A stretch of DNA of 64,000 nucleotides from Candidatus Lustribacter sp. (lineage in GTDB: Bacteria; Vulcanimicrobiota; Vulcanimicrobiia; Vulcanimicrobiales; Vulcanimicrobiaceae): the NCBI GenBank assembly GCA_965277805.1, contig OZ255842.1, forward strand, positions 2,752,001-2,816,000. Reading direction: 5' to 3'. Numbering within the stretch: the first letter of the stretch is position 1; the number at the start of each line of letters is the position of its first letter. The notes beneath the pieces were generated by a model. It saw only the letters and a program-made list of their open reading frames with translations. It searched no databases and was not told where the DNA came from. Position numbers and translations under genes: made by a program. Below, piece by piece: positions 48,331 to 57,821 of the stretch.

Positions 48331-48408
48331 GGCGCGATAGTACGTCAGGCCGCCATCCGATTCAAGCGTTCGCAATCATTTTCTCATCCGGCCGCCCGGG
48401 CAAGCGGC

Positions 48409-50085
48409 CTAGCGACCGCCGCGAGTTGAGGCCACCAGCGTCGCCGCGTGTTCGAGCGAAATGCGCTTCGTATCGCCGGAGAGCATGCGCGCGATCTCGG
48501 CCAGGCGGTCGTCATCCGCCTGAAGCGGCACGACCTCAATCGTCGTTTCGCCGCCGTCGTCGTACTTGCGCAAAACGTAGTGCGTGTCGGCCCACGATGC
48601 GATCTGCGCGAGATGCGTCACGCACACGACCTGCGCGACACCCGCGAGCCGTTGCAAGCGGGCACCGACCGCAACCGCCGTTGCGCCGCCGATCCCCGCG
48701 TCGATCTCGTCGAAGACGAACGTGCGCGCATCGTGACGATCGGCGAGCACGACGACGAGCGCGAGCAACACGCGCGAGCGCTCGCCGCCCGATGCGATGC
48801 GCGCAAGCGCGCGTTCCGGTTCGCCCGGATTGGCGGAAAAGCGAAATTCGATCCGCTCGCCGCCGTGAGCGGCAATCTCATCGAGTGGTTCGAGCGCGAC
48901 GGCGAAGCGCGCGGCCGGCATCGCCAGCGCGTGCAGTTCGTCCGCCACGCGCTCTTCGCAGAGCGGAATCGCGGCGGAACGCTCTGCGCGCAGCGCCGCG
49001 GCGTCGCGCGCGATCGCCGCATCGAGCGCCGTCAGTTCGCGCTCGAGCGCGGCCAGACGTTCGTCGCGGCCGACGTCTTGCTCGAGCGTCGCGGCGAAGC
49101 GGTCGCGTGCGGCGAGGACCGCCTCGATCGACGCCCCGTACTTCTTCTTCAGCGTTTCGATCGCGTCGAGTCGCTCGCTCACCGCTTCGAGTTCGCCCGG
49201 ATCGAGTTCCACGTCGTCGAGCGCGCGCGCGATTTCCGCCGCGAGCACGTTCGCGTCGGCCTGGAGCGCACCCGCGCTCTCGGCCAGCGTGGCAAAGGCC
49301 GCGCCGAAGCGCGCGATCGACGTCAACCCGTGGGTGGCATCGCCGAGCGCGTCGACCGCACCGCGTTCGTCTTCGAGTGCGGCGCGCGCACGCGTGAGCG
49401 CATCCGCGATGCGTTCGGCGTTGCCGAGAACGTCGCGGCGCTCGCGCAAGCGATCGTCTTCGCCCGCTTCGAGCGTCGCCGCTTCGATCTCGGCCAGCGC
49501 AAAGCGCGCGAACTCGCGCTCCGCGAGTGCCCGGTCACCGCCCTGCGCCAGCGCATCGCGCTCTTCGCGCAGCGCCCGCCGCGTCTCGTAACTCTCGCGC
49601 AAGGCCTCGCGCAGCGCGAGCGCGCGTTCGCCGGCGAAACGATCGAGCAAATCGCGCGCAAAGGCCGGCTCGAGCAGCCGGTGCGCTTCGCCTTGCCCGA
49701 CCGTATCGACAACGTGAGCACCGAGCGCGCGCAGTTGGCTCGCGCTCACCGCGATGCCGTTGATGCGCGCTTGCGAGCGGCCCGCCGCGGTCACCTCGCG
49801 CACGATCACGACGTCGTCGCCGGCTTCGAGGTCGATACCCATGCTCGTTAGCAGCGCGCGCAGGCCATCGTCGGCCGCGATCTCGAGCGCGACGCGCAGC
49901 CGCTCGCCGTGCACCAGCTCGCGTTCGACGCGGGCGCCGAGGGCCGCGTCCAACGCCCCCAGCAGCATCGTCTTGCCCGTCCCCGTCTCCCCGGTGAAGG
50001 CCGTGAAGGTGTCGCCGAACTCGACCTGCGCGTGTGCGATCAAGCCGACACCATCGATCGTCAAGCGCAGCAGCGTGGACTTCAT
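48409..50085 (-). CDS. recN: DNA repair protein RecN
   Basis: TGETGTGKT, IASGGERSR, FDEIDAGIGG, VTHLAQIA. Confidence 0.95.
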   Translation of the reverse strand: MKSTLLRLTIDGVGLIAHAQVEFGDTFTAFTGETGTGKTMLLGALDAALGARVERELVHGERLRVALEIAADDGLRALLTSMGIDLEAGDDVVIVREVTAAGRSQARINGIAVSASQLRALGAHVVDTVGQGEAHRLLEPAFARDLLDRFAGERALALREALRESYETRRALREERDALAQGGDRALAEREFARFALAEIEAATLEAGEDDRLRERRDVLGNAERIADALTRARAALEDERGAVDALGDATHGLTSIARFGAAFATLAESAGALQADANVLAAEIARALDDVELDPGELEAVSERLDAIETLKKKYGASIEAVLAARDRFAATLEQDVGRDERLAALERELTALDAAIARDAAALRAERSAAIPLCEERVADELHALAMPAARFAVALEPLDEIAAHGGERIEFRFSANPGEPERALARIASGGERSRVLLALVVVLADRHDARTFVFDEIDAGIGGATAVAVGARLQRLAGVAQVVCVTHLAQIASWADTHYVLRKYDDGGETTIEVVPLQADDDRLAEIARMLSGDTKRISLEHAATLVASTRGGR

Positions 50086-50924
50086 CCGCGTTTGATCGGG
50101 ACGCCCCATTGCAGTTTGTCTTCGAGACGGGCGAAGAACGCCTGATCGGCGACGCGCGCGAATTTCACCGCGTGCGGTGCGCGCACCACGGTTACGAGAT
50201 CGCCGGAAGAGAGGTCGCTGACGACCGTGCCGTCGGTCTCGAGGTTCGCGTGCACGATTTCGGAATCGCACGTGATCTGGATCGTCGAGGACGTCGGCAC
50301 GATGATCGGGCGTGCGAAGAGCGTGTGCGGCAAGAGCGCGGCGACGCCGAACGCATCGACGGCCGGCGCGATGATTGGGCCGCCGGCGGAGAGGAAGTAC
50401 GCCGTCGAGCCGGTCGGCGTCGCGACGACGATGCCGTCGGCGGAGATGTGCGTCGTTCGTTCGCCGTCGAGCGACAGACCGAACGGCGCCATGCGCGCTT
50501 CCGCGCCGCGCCGCACCACGACGTCGTTGAGCGCGAAGTGCGGCGGCCCACCGTTGACCGACGCTTGCAGCCCGAGCCGCTCCTCAACCACGAAGTCGCC
50601 GTGCAACACGCGGCGCACGCGCGCCATTCCCTCGGCAGTCGTCTCGATCTCCGTCAGAAAACCCAAACGCCCCGTGTTGACCCCGAGCAGCGGCACGTCG
50701 AGCGGCACCGCGATGCGCACGCCGCGCAACAGGGTGCCGTCGCCGCCGATCGTGATGACCAGTTCGGCCGCATCCAGCAGCGCGCCGCGCGCGGCGGCAA
50801 GACCGGGCGCGTCGTCACCGATCGCGACCGCGACCCCGGCATCTTTCGCCATCCGGATGATCTGGTTCGCGCATTCGAGGGCCTTCGGCCGGTCGGCGCT
50901 GACCAGGATCGCAATGGTCTTCAC
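50082..50924 (-). CDS. nadK: NAD kinase
   Basis: GGDGTLL, GRLGFL, ATPTGSTAY. Confidence 0.95.
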   Translation of the reverse strand: MKTIAILVSADRPKALECANQIIRMAKDAGVAVAIGDDAPGLAAARGALLDAAELVITIGGDGTLLRGVRIAVPLDVPLLGVNTGRLGFLTEIETTAEGMARVRRVLHGDFVVEERLGLQASVNGGPPHFALNDVVVRRGAEARMAPFGLSLDGERTTHISADGIVVATPTGSTAYFLSAGGPIIAPAVDAFGVAALLPHTLFARPIIVPTSSTIQITCDSEIVHANLETDGTVVSDLSSGDLVTVVRAPHAVKFARVADQAFFARLEDKLQWGVPIKRG

Positions 50925-51733
50925 GCTGCGTTCGCTTCGGTAACTACGGTGTCGATCCGCTCGTCATCGATCGCAGCACCCTCGCGCGCGATCCGGTAGA
51001 AGAACTCGACGTTCCCGGCGGGGCCGCGCAGCGGTGAGGCGCAGGCCTCGATCGCGTGCACGCCGAGCGCTTCGAGCGCGTCGCGCACCTCACGCAAGAT
51101 CGCCGCGTGCACCGCCGGATCGCGCACGACGCCGTTGCTGCCGAGCCGGTCGCGGCCCGCTTCGAACTGCGGCTTGACGAGCGCGATCATCGTGCCGTGC
51201 GGACGCAGATACGCAATCGCACGCGCCACGATCGTGCGCAGCGAGATGAACGACGCGTCGACGACGATCAAGTCGAAACCGCCGGGAAACGCATCATCGG
51301 CCAGTAAACGGAAATTCGTCCGCTCGACCACGGTGACGCGCGGATCCTGACGCAGCTTCCACGCCAGTTGGCCGTAACCGACATCCAGCGCGACGATCGA
51401 ACGCGCACCATGCGTCAGCAGCGCATCGGTGAAGCCGCCCGTCGATGCGCCGACGTCGAGCACGTCAAGGCCGGCCGGATCGAAAGCGAACGCGGCCAGA
51501 GCCCCCTCGAGTTTTTCTCCGCCGCGGCTCACGTAGCGCGCCGGGATGTCGACGATTACTTCAGCTCCGGCTCGCACGTTCTGCCCCGGCTTGGTGCGCG
51601 GCTCACCGTCCACGCGCACGCGCCCAGCCAGAATCATGCCGCGCGCTTGCGAGCGCGTCAGCTCAGCTTGCGCCGCAACGACCTCGTCGAGCCGCCGGCT
51701 AGAACCACTCGAGGCATGCTTTGTGGCAGCCAC
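50921..51733 (-). CDS. tlyA: TlyA rRNA 2'-O-methyltransferase
   Basis: YVSRGGEKL, DVGASTGGFTD, LVKPQFE. Confidence 0.95.
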   Translation of the reverse strand: MAATKHASSGSSRRLDEVVAAQAELTRSQARGMILAGRVRVDGEPRTKPGQNVRAGAEVIVDIPARYVSRGGEKLEGALAAFAFDPAGLDVLDVGASTGGFTDALLTHGARSIVALDVGYGQLAWKLRQDPRVTVVERTNFRLLADDAFPGGFDLIVVDASFISLRTIVARAIAYLRPHGTMIALVKPQFEAGRDRLGSNGVVRDPAVHAAILREVRDALEALGVHAIEACASPLRGPAGNVEFFYRIAREGAAIDDERIDTVVTEANAA

Positions 51734-51755
51734 TAACGCTCGAGGGTAGCGCGCA

Positions 51756-52004
51756 TCAGAACGGGGTCTCGTCGTCGATGCGCTCGTCGCCCGTGGGAGC
51801 GGGCCCGGCGGGTGGGCCGTCGGCGGCGCGGAGCGTCTCTTCGGCGTTCTTCAGCAAGATCTCGCATCGCGCGACGAGCGAGCGGCCTTCTTTGAAGAGT
51901 TCGACCGCGCGTTCCAAATCGACGCTTTCGCGTTCCAATTCGTCAACGACCGCCTTCAGGCGATCGAGCGAACTCTCAAAAGAGGTTGATTTGTTCTCCG
52001 CCAT
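51756..52004 (-). CDS. xseB: Exonuclease VII small subunit
   Basis: SFESSLDRLKAVVDELE...LERAVELFKEG. Confidence 0.9.
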   Translation of the reverse strand: MAENKSTSFESSLDRLKAVVDELERESVDLERAVELFKEGRSLVARCEILLKNAEETLRAADGPPAGPAPTGDERIDDETPF

Positions 52005-53418
52005 CCGTTCCTTCGCGTTCGACGCGCGCACGCAGGGTTCCGCGAGCAAGTTCGGCCTCGATGACCGTGCCCGGCGGGGCGTCGGCCGCATCGCGAATCA
52101 GGCGCCCCCCGGCTCGAACGATCGCATAACCGCGTTTCAGCAATGTTTCGTGGTTGTTGGCATCAAATCGCGCCTTGAGCATCTCCAATTTGGCCGTATC
52201 GCGGGCGACGACGCGCAGGAACGCCGGCCGCAGCCGGGCGACGAGCGGCGCGAGACGCGCGCGCCGCTTGACGGTGATCTCGCCGCCGAGCCGTTCGAGG
52301 GCGTCGCGCAGGTTCGTGACCCGGCCGCGGCGCCGCTCGAGCAGCGCGCGCGGAGATGAGAGGGTCAAGCGCCGGTCGAGGGGCTGCAGGAGCGTGCGCG
52401 AGCGCCGGATTTGCCGTTCGGCGGCGGAGTTCAGCGCGTTGCGCAACACGTCGACGGCCTGCCGGCGCGCTTGCAGCAGGCGGCCGGGATCGGCGACCGG
52501 CGAGCGGCGTTCGATGCGTTCGAGTGCCGAGCGCGCGCGCGCCAAGCGATTCGCGAACGCACGCCTCCCGGACGCCGCGCGTTCGCCGACGAGGCGCAAC
52601 AGATCGTCGCGTTTGGGCAGTACGGTTTGCGCGGCCGTCGACGGCGTCGACGCCCGCACGTCGGCCACGAGTTCGATCAACGGGACGTCGCGTTCGTGAC
52701 CGATAGCGGCCACGGTCGGCGTCGCGCACGCCGCGAACGCGCGCACGACCCGCTCGTCGGAGAAGCCGAACAGATCTTCGTACGAACCGCCGCCGCGGAC
52801 GATGACGAGCAGATCGCTGCCCGATGCATCGGCCGCGCGAATCGCGTGCACGATCTCCGGTACCGCGCCGACGCCGTTCACGGCGGTAGGAAACAACTTC
52901 AGCGCGACGTGCGGCGCACGCTGACGCGCCTGCGTGACGAAATCGCGCGTGCCGTCGCCGGTCGGCGAACCGACGAGCGCGACGCGGAACGGATAGCGCG
53001 GTACCGGCTTCTTGCGCCCGGCCGAAAAGAGGCCTTCGCGCTGCAGTTTGGCGCTGAGCTCTTCGTACTTTGCATGGAGCGCGCCGACGCCGGTCAGTTC
53101 GAGCTTCGTTGCGACGAGCTGGTAGGTCGAGGCGGCGCGCGCGTAAATCTTCACCTCGCCGTACGCGACGACGTCCGCGCCGTTGTCGAAGGCCGGAAAC
53201 GCGGCTGCACGCTCGCCGAAGGCGACGCAGTTGAGCACCGACTCTTTGTCCTTCAGCGAGAAATACACGTTGCCGTTGGGCTGCACTTTGAGGTTCGAGA
53301 CCTCGCCCTGCACGCCGACGAAGTGCAGGTGCCGGTCGTCGTTGAGTTTCTTGTCGAGGTAGCGCGAGAGCCGGCTGGGCGTAATGACCGGCGTCTTGGT
53401 ACCCGCAGACACGCTCAC
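51976..53418 (-). CDS. xseA: Exonuclease VII large subunit
   Basis: GEVSN, YFSLKD, RGGGSYEDL, AIGHE, TPS, LKRGYAIV. Confidence 0.95.
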   Translation of the reverse strand: MSVSAGTKTPVITPSRLSRYLDKKLNDDRHLHFVGVQGEVSNLKVQPNGNVYFSLKDKESVLNCVAFGERAAAFPAFDNGADVVAYGEVKIYARAASTYQLVATKLELTGVGALHAKYEELSAKLQREGLFSAGRKKPVPRYPFRVALVGSPTGDGTRDFVTQARQRAPHVALKLFPTAVNGVGAVPEIVHAIRAADASGSDLLVIVRGGGSYEDLFGFSDERVVRAFAACATPTVAAIGHERDVPLIELVADVRASTPSTAAQTVLPKRDDLLRLVGERAASGRRAFANRLARARSALERIERRSPVADPGRLLQARRQAVDVLRNALNSAAERQIRRSRTLLQPLDRRLTLSSPRALLERRRGRVTNLRDALERLGGEITVKRRARLAPLVARLRPAFLRVVARDTAKLEMLKARFDANNHETLLKRGYAIVRAGGRLIRDAADAPPGTVIEAELARGTLRARVEREGTDGGEQINLF

Positions 53419-55580
53419 GGCGTGGGCTGGGCCTGCGGTTTGTTATCCAGCGATTCGAACGTGGTGCCGTCACCGATCGAATCGTTCGGCGTCGCCGGCG
53501 CCGCCGGCTCGGCGATCGCGGCCTTGGGCACCGTTGCGGCGGCCTTCTTCACCGCGCTGCCATTCTTCGGCACGTAGGGATTCGGCGTCGCGCCGTCACC
53601 GCACACGTGCGAGGGTTCGGTGCCGCTGATGAACACTTCGGAGCGGCCGGTATCGCACAGCGTCACGCGTCGCACCTCGCCGGCCGGCAGCGTGAAATCG
53701 TGCTTCGGCGTTTTGGCCAGCGCCGCTTTCATGAAGCGCGCCCAGATACGCGCCGGCACGTCGCCGCCGTAACTCTCGTTCATGCGGTGGTAGTTGTCGT
53801 TTCCGATCCACACCGCGGCCACCAAGTCGGGCGTAAAGCCGACGAACCAAGCATCGCGAAAGTCCGAGGTCGTGCCCGTTTTGCCGGCCGCGGGCCGGCC
53901 GATCTGCGCGTTCGGATACCCGGTGCCTTCGTTGATCACCGATTGCAGCATCGAGGTCACGACGTAGGCGGTGCCGGCGCTCACGACTTCGGTCTGCTGC
54001 GGATACGAATTGTCGAGCACCGGCGTTCCGAACGAATCGCGCACGATGCGAATCGGCGTCGGATCGATGTGGATGCCGGCGTTGGCCAGCGTGGCGTAGC
54101 CCGCCGCCTGATCGAGCGGCGCGACGCCGCTGGTGCCGAGCGCGAGCGAAAGGTTGGCTTCGAGCGGCGCCTTGACGCCCATGCGCTTCGCGTACTCCAT
54201 CACTTTGTCGATGCCGAGCTGATCCGCCAGCTTCACCGCCACGACGTTGCGCGACTGCGCGAGCGCATAACGCAGCGTGATCGGACCGAGGAAGCGATGG
54301 TCGTCATCTTGCGGCGCCCAGCGCGTGCCGTCGCCCATCGGATAGGAGATCGGCGAATCGTCGATCGTCGTGGTCGGCGACATGCCGCTGTCGATCGCGG
54401 CGGTGTAAACGTACGCCTTGAACGACGAACCGGGCTGACGGCGCGCCTGCCAAGCGCGATTGAACTGGTTGTTGAGCGAGAACGGACCGGCGCCGCCGAC
54501 CATCGCCAAGATCTCACCGGTCGAGGGACGGATCGCGACGAGCGCGCCTTCGTTCGCGCCGATACCCTCGGACTTGCCCTGAGCGATGCCCCAATCGACG
54601 GCGTCCTGCGCGGCTTGCTGCATCCGAGGATCCATCGTCGTGTAGACTTGCAAGCCGCCTTCGAACGTCGCTTGCGAACCGAACTGCGCTTCGAGCAAAT
54701 GCGTCACGTACGTCGTGAAGTACGGATACTTGTAGGACTGCAAACCGGTCGGGCGTTCGTGAATGAGTCCGAGCGGTTTGGCAAGTGCCGCATCTTCCTG
54801 GTCTTGCGAGATGAAGTCGCTCGCAACCATGCGGTCGAGGACGTGGTGCTGGCGCTCCTTCGCGCGATCGAGATTGACGAATGGCGAATAGTCCGACGGC
54901 GCCGCCGGCAAACCGGCCAGCATCGCGGCCTGACCGATCGTCAAGTGCGAGACGTCGGTGCCGAAATACGTATGCGCGGCCGCCTGAATGCCGTAGGCAC
55001 CCGAACCGAAGTAGATGATGTTGAGGTAGCGCTCGAGGATCTCGTCCTTCGTGTAGTAGCGCTCGATCTCGATCGCCAGCAGCGCTTCCTGCACTTTGCG
55101 CGAGAGCGACACCTCACCGTTGAGAAACAGACGGCGCGCTAACTGCTGCGTGATCGTCGAGGCGCCCTGGAACTGTTCGTGGCGCCAGTCGGCGATGCCG
55201 GCGCGCAGAATGCCGCCGAAATCCACGCCGTGATGCTGGTAGAAATGCTGATCTTCGGTGGCGATGAACGCGTTGCGGACCGGTACCGGGATCTGCGCGA
55301 TCGGCACCCAGATCCGGTTCTCGGTATAGAGGTTCGCGAGCTGCGAGCCGTCGCGCGCGAAGACGCGCGTCGAACGCGAGGGCTGATAGTCCGCCATCCG
55401 GTTGATGTCGGGCAAGTTGCGCGAGTACGACGCGACGAGGCCCGCGACGATGCCCGCGCCGAGCAGCACCACGAACATCGCGATGAGCCCGATGATGCGC
55501 AGAACGCTGCTCCCCGGCCGGCCCGGAGCGCGCTTGCGCGTGCGCGACTTCGCGCGGGGCCGCGCCGCGCTACGCGCCAC
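53415..55580 (-). CDS. Class A penicillin-binding protein (PBP1A)
   Basis: EDQHFYQHHG, GASTITQQL, RQPGSSFK, SRN, KTGT. Confidence 0.95.
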   Translation of the reverse strand: MARSAARPRAKSRTRKRAPGRPGSSVLRIIGLIAMFVVLLGAGIVAGLVASYSRNLPDINRMADYQPSRSTRVFARDGSQLANLYTENRIWVPIAQIPVPVRNAFIATEDQHFYQHHGVDFGGILRAGIADWRHEQFQGASTITQQLARRLFLNGEVSLSRKVQEALLAIEIERYYTKDEILERYLNIIYFGSGAYGIQAAAHTYFGTDVSHLTIGQAAMLAGLPAAPSDYSPFVNLDRAKERQHHVLDRMVASDFISQDQEDAALAKPLGLIHERPTGLQSYKYPYFTTYVTHLLEAQFGSQATFEGGLQVYTTMDPRMQQAAQDAVDWGIAQGKSEGIGANEGALVAIRPSTGEILAMVGGAGPFSLNNQFNRAWQARRQPGSSFKAYVYTAAIDSGMSPTTTIDDSPISYPMGDGTRWAPQDDDHRFLGPITLRYALAQSRNVVAVKLADQLGIDKVMEYAKRMGVKAPLEANLSLALGTSGVAPLDQAAGYATLANAGIHIDPTPIRIVRDSFGTPVLDNSYPQQTEVVSAGTAYVVTSMLQSVINEGTGYPNAQIGRPAAGKTGTTSDFRDAWFVGFTPDLVAAVWIGNDNYHRMNESYGGDVPARIWARFMKAALAKTPKHDFTLPAGEVRRVTLCDTGRSEVFISGTEPSHVCGDGATPNPYVPKNGSAVKKAAATVPKAAIAEPAAPATPNDSIGDGTTFESLDNKPQAQPTP

Positions 55581-55971
55581 GTGCCGCTCGCGAGAGCACG
55601 CCGTTGACGAACCGGCCCGAATCCTCGGTGGAAAACTTCTTCGCCAACTCGACGGCTTCGTTGATCACGACGGGCTGCGGGGTTTCGGTGCGATGGCGCA
55701 ACTCGAACACGCCCATGCGCAGCACGATGCGGTCGATCGTCGGCAAACGTTCGAGCGTCCAGCCTTCGAGCAGCGGTCCGATCAGCGCATCGCTCTCCTC
55801 GGCGAACTCGAGCGTGCCGAACACGAGGTCTTTCACGAACGCGCGGCCGTCGGCGCCGTCGATGCGGGCCGTCGTTTCGACGAGCATATCCTCGGCGGTG
55901 CGGTGACCGACTTCGGTACCGTACAACGTCTGCAAAGCCAGCTCACGCGCAAACCGCCGCGACGAGCTCAT
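55570..55971 (-). CDS. nusB: Antitermination factor NusB
   Basis: RRFARELALQTLY, INEAVELAKKF, FVNGVL. Confidence 0.95.
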   Translation of the reverse strand: MSSSRRFARELALQTLYGTEVGHRTAEDMLVETTARIDGADGRAFVKDLVFGTLEFAEESDALIGPLLEGWTLERLPTIDRIVLRMGVFELRHRTETPQPVVINEAVELAKKFSTEDSGRFVNGVLSRAARGA

Positions 55972-57326
55972 ACCGCTGCCGGCACGCGTTGCGCCAGGTA
56001 GCGGGGGAGCCAGTCCACGCCGAGGCCCGCGCGATGGAAATCCGGGTCGCGCATGATCTCACGGCAGAACTCGACCGTCGTCTTCACGCCCTCGATACGT
56101 GTTTCCGCGAGCGCACGTTCCATTCGCATGATCGCCGATTCGCGGGTGCGGCCGGTCACGATGATCTTGGCAAGCATCGAATCGTAGAACGGCGGCACGA
56201 CCGATCCCGAGTACACGTGCGTGTCGACTCGCACGCCCGGGCCGCCCGGGAATTCAACGCGTCCGAGCGTTCCGGCCGCCGGCGCGAAGTTGTTCTCCGG
56301 GTCCTCGGCGTTAACGCGCACTTCGATCGCGCAGCCGTGCGGCTGCAGGTCGGCCTGCGTGAAGCCGAGCCGCTCGCCGGCCGCAATGCGAATCTGTTCT
56401 TTGACGAGATCGACGCCGTACACCATCTCGGTGACCGGATGCTCGACTTGGATGCGGGTGTTCATCTCCATGAAGTACACGTTGGGACCGTCGACCAGAA
56501 ATTCCAGCGTCCCGGCGTTGGTGTATTTCACGGCGCGCGCCGCGGTGACCGCGATGTCGTGCAGGCGATCGCGCACCGCCGGATCGAGCGCCGCCGCCGG
56601 CGCTTCTTCGATCAGCTTTTGATGCGAAGGCTTCTGTACGGAACAATCGCGCTCGCCCAGATGCACGACGTCGCCGTATTGATCGCCGAGCACTTGCACT
56701 TCGATGTGCCGCGGCGAGCGGATCAGTTTTTCAACGTACATGCGGCCGTCTTTGAACGACGCCTCGGCTTCGGCCGACGCGTTTGCAAATGCCGAGGCCA
56801 TCTCGGCCGGCGACTCTACCGCGCGCATGCCCTTGCCGCCGCCGCCGGCCGTTGCCTTGAGCAGCACCGGGTAGCCGATCTCGGCGGCAAACGCGGCCGC
56901 GGCTTCGGGCGAGGTGAGGATGCCGCTGCCGGGGGTCGTCGGTACGCCCGACTCGTCCATGATGCGGCGCGCCGTCGCCTTGTCGCCCATCGCGGCGATG
57001 ACACTCGGTTCCGGCCCGATGAACGTGAGCCCGTGGTCGCGCGCGATTTCGGCGAAGCGCGCGTTCTCGGCGAGAAAACCGTATCCGGGGTGGATCGCAT
57101 CGGCGCCGCAGATCAGCCCGGTCGAGATGATGTTGGCGATGTTGAGATACGACGATGCGACCGGACCCGCACCGACGCAGAACGCTTCGTCCGCGTGGCG
57201 CACGTGCAGCGAGCCGCGATCGGCTTGGCTGAAGATCGCGACGGTCGCGACGCCGAGTTCGTGACATGCGCGATTGATGCGCAGCGCGATCTCGCCGCGA
57301 TTAGCGATGAGTACCTTACGAAACAC
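55968..57326 (-). CDS. accC: Biotin carboxylase
   Basis: LIANRGEIALR, HPGYGFLAEN, GGGGKGMR, EMNTRIQVEHPVTE. Confidence 0.95.
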   Translation of the reverse strand: MFRKVLIANRGEIALRINRACHELGVATVAIFSQADRGSLHVRHADEAFCVGAGPVASSYLNIANIISTGLICGADAIHPGYGFLAENARFAEIARDHGLTFIGPEPSVIAAMGDKATARRIMDESGVPTTPGSGILTSPEAAAAFAAEIGYPVLLKATAGGGGKGMRAVESPAEMASAFANASAEAEASFKDGRMYVEKLIRSPRHIEVQVLGDQYGDVVHLGERDCSVQKPSHQKLIEEAPAAALDPAVRDRLHDIAVTAARAVKYTNAGTLEFLVDGPNVYFMEMNTRIQVEHPVTEMVYGVDLVKEQIRIAAGERLGFTQADLQPHGCAIEVRVNAEDPENNFAPAAGTLGRVEFPGGPGVRVDTHVYSGSVVPPFYDSMLAKIIVTGRTRESAIMRMERALAETRIEGVKTTVEFCREIMRDPDFHRAGLGVDWLPRYLAQRVPAAV

Positions 57327-57329
57327 GAG

Positions 57330-57734
57330 TTACCGTTCGATCGCGAACAGCGGCTGACCGTATTCAACCGGTTGGCCGTCGGTGACGTAGATCATGGCGA
57401 CGCGTCCCGGGCCGCGCGAACGAACCGGATTGCGGATGCCCAGCGTTTCGACGTAGGCCAGCTCGCGATCACCCTCGAGCGTCATTCCCTCGTTCACCGC
57501 AGGACGCAAGTAGCGGATGATGCCCACGACGTCGGCCAGAATCGCCTCGACGGGACGCGCGGCGGCCGGCTCCTTCGCCGGGCCGGCTGCGGCCCCGGCG
57601 CCCGTGAGCGTCGCCGGAGCGCGGCGGAATTCGACCTCGAACTCGCCATCTTTCACCCGCAGCCGCGTGAGCCCACCATCGCTGAAGGCCCTGGCCAGCG
57701 GGCGCACGCGCTCCGCAATTGTGTCTTGGAACAT
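57330..57734 (-). CDS. Biotin-carboxyl-carrier-like protein lacking the biotinylated Lys
   Basis: AccB layout (GLTRLRVKDGEFEVEFRR, Ala/Pro linker, GQPVEYGQPLF) but ETLGIRNPV replaces EAMKxxNxI. Confidence 0.8.
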   Translation of the reverse strand: MFQDTIAERVRPLARAFSDGGLTRLRVKDGEFEVEFRRAPATLTGAGAAAGPAKEPAAARPVEAILADVVGIIRYLRPAVNEGMTLEGDRELAYVETLGIRNPVRSRGPGRVAMIYVTDGQPVEYGQPLFAIER

Positions 57735-57821
57735 CGAAAGGCCGATTTTCGAGACAACCGGGAGCGGTCCCGCTGGGCCATATAGAATAGGCGAACGAGC
57801 GATTGTCTTCGGAGAGGGCGA

